DNA of 63,943 bases, filler included, from Sphacelaria rigidula (lineage: Eukaryota): NCBI GenBank assembly GCA_964200075.2. It is 10 parts of 10 records of this genome, joined end to end, with 100 filler letters (N's around TTAATTAATTAA, not from the genome) between each part and the next. Parts side by side here need not be neighbours in the genome. Positions count along the whole stretch, not along the records: positions 57,641 to 63,943 come from CAXNAA020020905.1; 9 more parts are not named here. One strand, given 5' to 3'. Shown piece by piece: positions 62,901 to 63,943 of the stretch. The notes beneath the pieces were generated by a model. It saw nothing but the letters and a program-made list of their open reading frames with translations, made no database searches and was not told the DNA's origin. How positions within the stretch are numbered: the first letter of the stretch is position 1; each line of letters begins with the position of its first letter. Made by a program: the position numbers and the translations under genes.

Positions 62901-63119
62901 CTACTTGTATTTTGTTCTCCCTGTACTGCAAGTCGTAGTTGGATGAAGGGTGTTCACTCGTTTGGGACCGAACTCCCAGAAACCTGTCAGGCGCACGCAC
63001 GCACGCACGGGCCTTTCTGTGAGGCGGTATGATTTGTATTCGTTCGCAACATGAAGATGGTGCCGATTTAGGGTAATGCCCCCTGCGTGCATGCCGCGTG
63101 TTTCTGAGACTCCGTGAAC

Positions 63120-63670
63120 CACCGGACCGGGAGGGTAGGTCACCCTCTGAAATGGCTTCAATTCCACTTGGAAGAAGTACCCGTGATCCAGATGAACTAT
63201 TCGCATTGCGGTCTAAGATCGTGTCCTATCAAATTGTTTCCGACTCGAAAAAGTCCGGTGGAATCGAATTTGCTCGTACCTGGTACGGCCACGGTACTCA
63301 TCTTCTCAACCCTCTGAAAAAAATGGCGTGGACGAATCAGATACGAGCGAGTTCGACTCGACTGCACGTTTTCAAGACAACAATTTGATAAGACACGGGC
63401 TAAGGGGTTAAGCAGCACGCATGAGCGTCATTGTCGATGATAAGCGCGGTTGAACGTTGGACCGCGATGCGGGTACAGTAAAGTAGTCCATCGGGATCAC
63501 TCACACTTTTCGAAGTGACTTTGATGCCGATTCAGCGGGTGACCTACCCTTGCTGTCGAAGTGTCATCCTCCAACTCTTCGACCGCGAGGGCAGGTCACC
63601 TCCTGAATCGGCATCAATTTCGCTTCAAAAAATACATGCGTGATCCAGATGGACTTCCCGCATCGGGGTA
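63120..63670. repeat. Three diverged modules (two direct, one inverted) related to the 98-bp TTAA MITE
   Basis: gaatcggcatcaatttc...tgatccaga at about 63605 matches 8902-8947. Related modules at about 63130-63220 and inverted at about 63460-63550; CTAAGGGGTTAA at about 63400. Confidence 0.6.
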
Positions 63671-63782
63671 TAATGAGACCTACTTTTATGGCGAGCACGA
63701 ATCTTGATTTTTTCAAAACCGGGGGAACAAAACATCGGGGAGCGCATTATATGGACACGGATTTGGACCAAGTCGAGGCCGG

Positions 63783-63878
63783 AAAAATCGGGGGGTCACG
63801 ATCTCGGAACGGTTTTCCTCGATTTTTCGAAAAAATCGGGGGAAAACCCTTCCGAGATCGTGACTCCCCCGATTTTTT
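63783..63878. repeat. Near-perfect ~95-bp palindrome
   Basis: aaaaatcggggggtcacgatctcggaa.ggttttcc.cgattttt / aaaaatcgggggaaaacc.ttccgagatcgtgactcccccgattttt. Confidence 0.85.
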
Positions 63879-63943
63879 TGAGGTGACGTATGTGCATTGA
63901 CGTACACTCCCAGAGTACGAGGCGTTTGATATTTTTGCAACGG

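Overview
Eukaryotic, repeat-rich DNA. The intron-rich genes and repeat families suggest a stramenopile, probably a brown alga (inference). The window is not one locus: it is ten unlinked contigs of 6,303-6,305 bp in descending size order, joined by artificial N44-TTAATTAATTAA-N44 linkers. Host-gene content: four 3' exons of LST8 (TOR-complex WD40 subunit), a kinase-like exon carrying three 53-aa repeats, and several exons of unknown genes. Most of the rest is decayed mobile DNA: Ty3/gypsy elements (one with a chromodomain; LTR, PPT and PBS resolved), an RTE/RTEX-like LINE, a tRNA-derived SINE, probable Mutator and Tc1/mariner relics, at least five MITE families and a 6.2-kb higher-order satellite. 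The most unusual signals are LINE 3' ends with oligo-C tails directly after the stop codon, a TGT...ACA MITE with 5-bp TSDs and a telomere-like core, and a satellite core that looks like a decayed coding exon. No prokaryotic system or CRISPR array is supported.
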